Shown in pieces: positions 38,323 through 41,503 of a stretch of 41,503 nucleotides of DNA. Origin of the DNA: a virus (lineage: Duplodnaviria; Caudoviricetes); IMG/VR virus record IMGVR_UViG_3300034127_000002, positions 1 through 41,503 of that record. One strand, written 5' to 3'. Made by a program: the position numbers and the translations under genes. The notes under the pieces were generated by a model that worked only from the letters and a program-made list of their open reading frames with translations, was not told the DNA's origin and searched no databases. Position 1 is the stretch's first letter; each line of letters opens with the position of its first letter.

Positions 38323-38494
38323 GAGGGGTCTCCTTGAGCTGGGTCACAACAGTACGGACACGGGCCACGTTCTGTGGACCATAAGTCACCTCGGCGACCT
38401 CAAGGGCCTCATCGAGATTGTGAGCCCACAGCGGGACCCACTGGCCGTTCACTTCGGCACTGAATTGCTTCAACTTCATGTCAGCTTTTTTCAC
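38315..38494 (-). CDS. gp2: Host RNA polymerase inhibitor
   Basis: F.AEV....VPLWA..LDEALEVAE..Y....VARVR; AAGGAG-9nt-GTG. Confidence 0.88.
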   Translation of the reverse strand: MKKADMKLKQFSAEVNGQWVPLWAHNLDEALEVAEVTYGPQNVARVRTVVTQLKETPRV

Positions 38495-39170
38495 TTGGCA
38501 ACACTCCTTGTTCACGAAGCTGCGCGAGCATCTCCATAGGTTTGTTCCACTCGTTCAACACGAGGGCGTCCATACGGTGGCCCAAGAGGGACACGTCGGT
38601 GGTGTGAAAGGCTGTGTCGTCTACGCCGGGTTTGAACCACATGCGTTGCAGACGGACCAGCTTGGCGCCACGTTCAATCATCGCCGTGCATTCATGAGGC
38701 TGACGGAGATCCGTTACCACAATGAGGTCTGGGGCGAAGGCACTGTTGAGGGTGGTAGCGATGACCTTGAGGCCTTCGTCCAGCCACAGCGACGGTTGGT
38801 TCTTGTAGACCCGAACGAACTCGGTGCCGAACTTCTGGAGATGCCAGCGAGGTGTCCGCATTGCATTCATCCAGTCCATGTCATCGCCTTGGTCAGCTTT
38901 GAACATGAGCCACGCTTTGTATTCGGAGTCCGCCAGTTCCTTAATGGCCAACTGGGGCTTGAGGCGATCTTTCTGGTCACTGTGGAACCAGTCGATTAAG
39001 GTGCGCTCGTCCATGTCGTAACCGTTGCTCAGGACACGAGCACAGTTCTCTTTAAGGACATCACCGAACGCCACACGGACGACGGTAAAGCCTGACTGGA
39101 CCAGCAGGTCACACAACGTGTCCTTACCGCTTTGGCCTCGGGTCGAGGTTAGGGCAATGATTTGGGTCAC
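38481..39170 (-). CDS. Deoxynucleoside monophosphate kinase
   Basis: P-loop GQSGKDT, VAFGDVLK, PRWHLQKFGTE, VTDLRQPHE. Confidence 0.88.
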   Translation of the reverse strand: MTQIIALTSTRGQSGKDTLCDLLVQSGFTVVRVAFGDVLKENCARVLSNGYDMDERTLIDWFHSDQKDRLKPQLAIKELADSEYKAWLMFKADQGDDMDWMNAMRTPRWHLQKFGTEFVRVYKNQPSLWLDEGLKVIATTLNSAFAPDLIVVTDLRQPHECTAMIERGAKLVRLQRMWFKPGVDDTAFHTTDVSLLGHRMDALVLNEWNKPMEMLAQLREQGVLPSEKS

Positions 39171-39212
39171 ATCTTGGTCTCCTAAAGTGGGTGGTAAGAA
39201 ACCCGAGGTAAT

Positions 39213-39235
39213 CTCGGTGTATGTGAGGGTTTTTA
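39213..39235 (-). promoter_or_regulatory. Phage promoter (first class II, phi1.5/1.6 analogue)
   Basis: Exact consensus, just downstream of the early terminator. Confidence 0.92.
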
Positions 39236-39243
39236 AACGAGGC

Positions 39244-39297
39244 TCAAACGAGCGATAAGAGGACCGCGCAGGCGGCTACCAGATAAAGCCATGGCAT
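39244..39297 (-). CDS. 17-aa hydrophobic peptide
   Basis: AAAGGAG-6nt-ATG; MPWLYLVAACAVLLSLV. Confidence 0.5.
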   Translation of the reverse strand: MPWLYLVAACAVLLSLV

Positions 39298-39322
39298 GTC
39301 AATCTCCTTTCTGACGGGCAAT

Positions 39323-39353
39323 AAAAAACCCCAAGGGCCGAAGCCGATGGGGT
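39323..39353 (-). terminator. Early terminator (TE analogue)
   Basis: ACCCCA-TC-GGC-TTCG-GCC-CT-TGGGGT followed by a T-run. Confidence 0.88.
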
Positions 39354-39360
39354 CTGTGGG

Positions 39361-39801
39361 TTATGCGTAAGGGGCGAGCTTGTCGTGTACTTCTTTGACC
39401 TGAGCCACGAGGTCATGGTGACGCTTCAGGTTGGTAGAGCGGTGCTCCTCCAGATTGGAGACCTTAGTGGGCAGGGCCTGCAATTGACGCATCAGGTTGA
39501 CCACCTCGTAGTCGCGGGGCTTCTTGGCGCCGTACTGGTCACGCTCCCAGCGGTAGGTATCCAACCGGCCCGTTACGAGCCCTTCGAGGATGTTGAGGAC
39601 ATCCTTCTGGAACTTGTGGGCGGCGTCCGCCTCGTGCTTCCGTTGAGCCTCTTCACGGTCCTGCTTGGCCTTGTTGGCCTCCACTTGTTCCTTGAGGACC
39701 CGAGCGGCCTTGCCATCCTTCATGAGGGGCTTAACGTAGCCGAACCAGACGGCAATGGCGATTAGCAGCAGGGCAGTCAGGATTACGCAGAAAGTAGGCA
39801 T
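39361..39801 (-). CDS. Membrane-anchored coiled-coil protein (146 aa; start MPTFCV)
   Basis: TAATG coupling; N-terminal TM then a charged helix. Confidence 0.8.
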   Translation of the reverse strand: MPTFCVILTALLLIAIAVWFGYVKPLMKDGKAARVLKEQVEANKAKQDREEAQRKHEADAAHKFQKDVLNILEGLVTGRLDTYRWERDQYGAKKPRDYEVVNLMRQLQALPTKVSNLEEHRSTNLKRHHDLVAQVKEVHDKLAPYA

Positions 39802-40118
39802 TACAGGAAGCTCCTCGGATTGGATTGGATAACGAACTGGACAACTGCCCACACAGCATCTTGGATGACGTGCTCGTGGACTTCGGTTTCTTGAACGGCA
39901 TACTCATCGACCGTGATGGTGTACTCAGCGTGACGACCGTTAAGGGTCCGCACTTGCACATGGATCTTGAACGCACACTGCCATGGCAGCGGGTAGACCG
40001 TGACGGCCACGTTAGGGAACACACGGAGCAGGGACCTTTCGATCCCCACGGCGATGGACGCCACGCAGCCTTTAGGGCGACTCATGGACTTCATGAGGAC
40101 CTCAGCGTAGTTACTCAC
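39801..40118 (-). CDS. Hypothetical protein (105 aa)
   Basis: GAGGA RBS + GTG overlapping the upstream stop. Confidence 0.75.
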   Translation of the reverse strand: MSNYAEVLMKSMSRPKGCVASIAVGIERSLLRVFPNVAVTVYPLPWQCAFKIHVQVRTLNGRHAEYTITVDEYAVQETEVHEHVIQDAVWAVVQFVIQSNPRSFL

Positions 40119-40264
40119 TCGAAGTCCTCTTGGTCCATTACGTCGTCGAGATCCGCGTAAAGCTCATCGGACCAGTTGTAGGCAAGGAACTTGGCCATGA
40201 CGACCCGCTTCTGTTCCTCGGTGAGCTTCATGAAGCGTTCGAGAGTTTCATCCATGAGGCTCAT
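40115..40264 (-). CDS. Small acidic protein (49 aa, not in track)
   Basis: MSLMDETLERFMKLTEEQKRVVMAKFLAYNWSDELYADLDDVMDQEDFE; overlaps the ligase stop (ATGA) and next start (GTGA). Confidence 0.75.
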   Translation of the reverse strand: MSLMDETLERFMKLTEEQKRVVMAKFLAYNWSDELYADLDDVMDQEDFE

Positions 40265-41274
40265 TCCTTAGTCATCGGGTCGGAGATCCCACGGAACATG
40301 TCGAAGTTCGGGTGCCGGTAGGAGCCAGACTCCAGCCGCTCCATGTAGGTGATCTTCACGGCCCAGCCCATATGGCAACCCGGTGAGGCCAGTTCGTCGG
40401 CGGTGAACTCAGCTTTCTGAGCTTCCGTAATGCCCCCGGCGTCCACCTCTACACCATGCTCAGTGAGGACCCGAAAGCCAATCACCTTGCCCTCGTTGCC
40501 CAGACCCGGCGTGCCCCACATGAGGCCCACAACGACGCCATCACAGGAGTCATCCGGCTTGATCTTCCATTGGCCAGTCTTCTTGCCACGCTTCCAGTAG
40601 CCCAGCGGGTCTTTACCCACGGCGCCTTCCTTGAGGAGCTTTCGGAACCCCTCATAGATCAGGTCGAGGTGGGCCATGTCGTAGGCCTCGAAGGACGTAA
40701 TGAGCTGGAAGTCGATGGACGGGATGAAGGTGCGCAGATGGCCCAACTGGAGCTGAGTGTGAATCCGCCGCACGTTCTGGAAGACCTCGTACTCACCTTC
40801 AGCCTGCACGGCCTCCAGTGGGATCAGGTCGAAGCCATGGATCTTGAAGCCGGGATTGAGGTGTGCAGCGTGGCCCTTACGGCGAAGCTCACCAGAGATC
40901 TGCGCACAGGTCATACCGTCGATGGTCAGCTCAGCTTGCAGCATGAACCCTTCAGGGAACAGAGCGGGTTCCTTGATGGTCGCACCGGTCTGGTAGTTGA
41001 TCTCATCCTCGAAGAACTTGGACCAGTCCATATTGCCCAGCTCTACGGCCAGCAAGTGAAGCCCCGGAAACGCCTTACCTTCACGGCTCAGGAGGTGGAC
41101 CGCTTGGGACCGACCGGGCGCCTTGGGGACGTAGATGAAGTTCAGTTGGCAACCATCCTCTTTGCACTCAACGGCCACAGAGCCGGACTCAGCGAAGACC
41201 TTGAGAACCGCCGACTCTTTGAAGTCCACAGGGCGGTGAGGGTTGGTGTTCAGGATTACAGGAGCGAGAGCCAT
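40261..41274 (-). CDS. gp1.3: ATP-dependent DNA ligase (start MALAPV)
   Basis: KEDG adenylation motif, EGAVGKD, WKIKP, YRHPNF; AAGGAA RBS. Confidence 0.95.
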   Translation of the reverse strand: MALAPVILNTNPHRPVDFKESAVLKVFAESGSVAVECKEDGCQLNFIYVPKAPGRSQAVHLLSREGKAFPGLHLLAVELGNMDWSKFFEDEINYQTGATIKEPALFPEGFMLQAELTIDGMTCAQISGELRRKGHAAHLNPGFKIHGFDLIPLEAVQAEGEYEVFQNVRRIHTQLQLGHLRTFIPSIDFQLITSFEAYDMAHLDLIYEGFRKLLKEGAVGKDPLGYWKRGKKTGQWKIKPDDSCDGVVVGLMWGTPGLGNEGKVIGFRVLTEHGVEVDAGGITEAQKAEFTADELASPGCHMGWAVKITYMERLESGSYRHPNFDMFRGISDPMTKE

Positions 41275-41503
41275 TAAACGGATTCCTTGAGGTACTTGAT
41301 GGTTTGCATTGCGTGGTCGAAGGACAGGTAGACGACCTTCCCTTCTGTGCGGACATAGAGGTAGAGCTGAACGAGGTCCCGAGCGAGTTCCTTGGGAGGC
41401 TGAGGAGGCAAGCCCCGTGTGGTGCTCATCCAAGTGATCGGCAGGTCAACCCTTAGGGCCGAACGCGCCGTACCAATCTCGATCTCATCACGGCAGTCCT
41501 GAG
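41274..41503 (-). CDS. Hypothetical protein, 3' part of the junction-spanning 105 aa ORF
   Basis: Ends ...YLSFDHAMQTIKYLKESV with a TAA overlapping the ligase ATG (TAATG). Confidence 0.75.
   Translation of the reverse strand, partial: QDCRDEIEIGTARSALRVDLPITWMSTTRGLPPQPPKELARDLVQLYLYVRTEGKVVYLSFDHAMQTIKYLKESV
41377..41503. repeat. 127-bp exact terminal overlap (copy 2)
   Basis: Identical to 1-127. Confidence 0.95.

Noticed and set aside
41225-41250. Partial promoter core AACCCTCAC in the 5' end of the ligase gene
   Set aside because: Flanks (CACC upstream, CGCCC downstream) lack the A-tract and the ATAYACC region
40261-41433. Track's extended starts (ligase 41433, gp12 23788, gp14 20797, gp19.5 9103, Tfa 12312)
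   Set aside because: They overlap upstream genes; downstream starts have RBSs and match the expected N-termini
41377-41503. 127-bp end repeat as the biological direct terminal repeat
   Set aside because: It lies mid-ORF between RNAP and ligase and equals a typical assembler k-mer; T7-like ends are expected at about 8.3-8.5 kb

Overview
This window is an essentially complete genome of a T7-like lytic podophage (Autographiviridae, Studiervirinae-type gene order), assembled as a permuted circle. Bases 1-127 repeat exactly at 41377-41503, so the unique length is about 41,376 bp. Virtually all genes are on the minus strand. The inferred physical ends lie in the non-coding stretch at about 8150-8670. 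Reading the minus strand from there: sigma70 promoters and boxA; about 10 early host-takeover ORFs (no recognisable Ocr/SAMase or gp0.7 kinase, but a 2OG-Fe(II) dioxygenase and a lipoprotein); RNA polymerase; gp1.1; ligase; early terminator; dNMP kinase, gp2, SSB, endonuclease, amidase, a CCA/poly(A)-polymerase-type nucleotidyltransferase, primase-helicase, DNA polymerase, gp5.5/5.7 and exonuclease; then the virion module, tail fibre plus chaperone, holin, terminase, spanins and gp19.5. A Pseudomonas-like host is inferred from the high GC and the TAAAAACCCTCAC promoter core; this is not proven. Ten copies of a 23-bp phage promoter were read by eye (consensus TAAAAACCCTCACATAYACCGAG). Most notable observations: (1) an atypical ATAY/ACC initiation region; (2) a phage promoter directly upstream of the RNAP gene and none between RNAP and the early terminator (autogene layout); (3) a perfect A-AAG-GGC -1 slippery site fusing an Ig-like domain to the capsid protein; (4) the oxygenase and nucleotidyltransferase accessory enzymes; (5) several small ORFs missing from the ORF track. 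Protein identities come from recalled motifs and synteny, not database searches.
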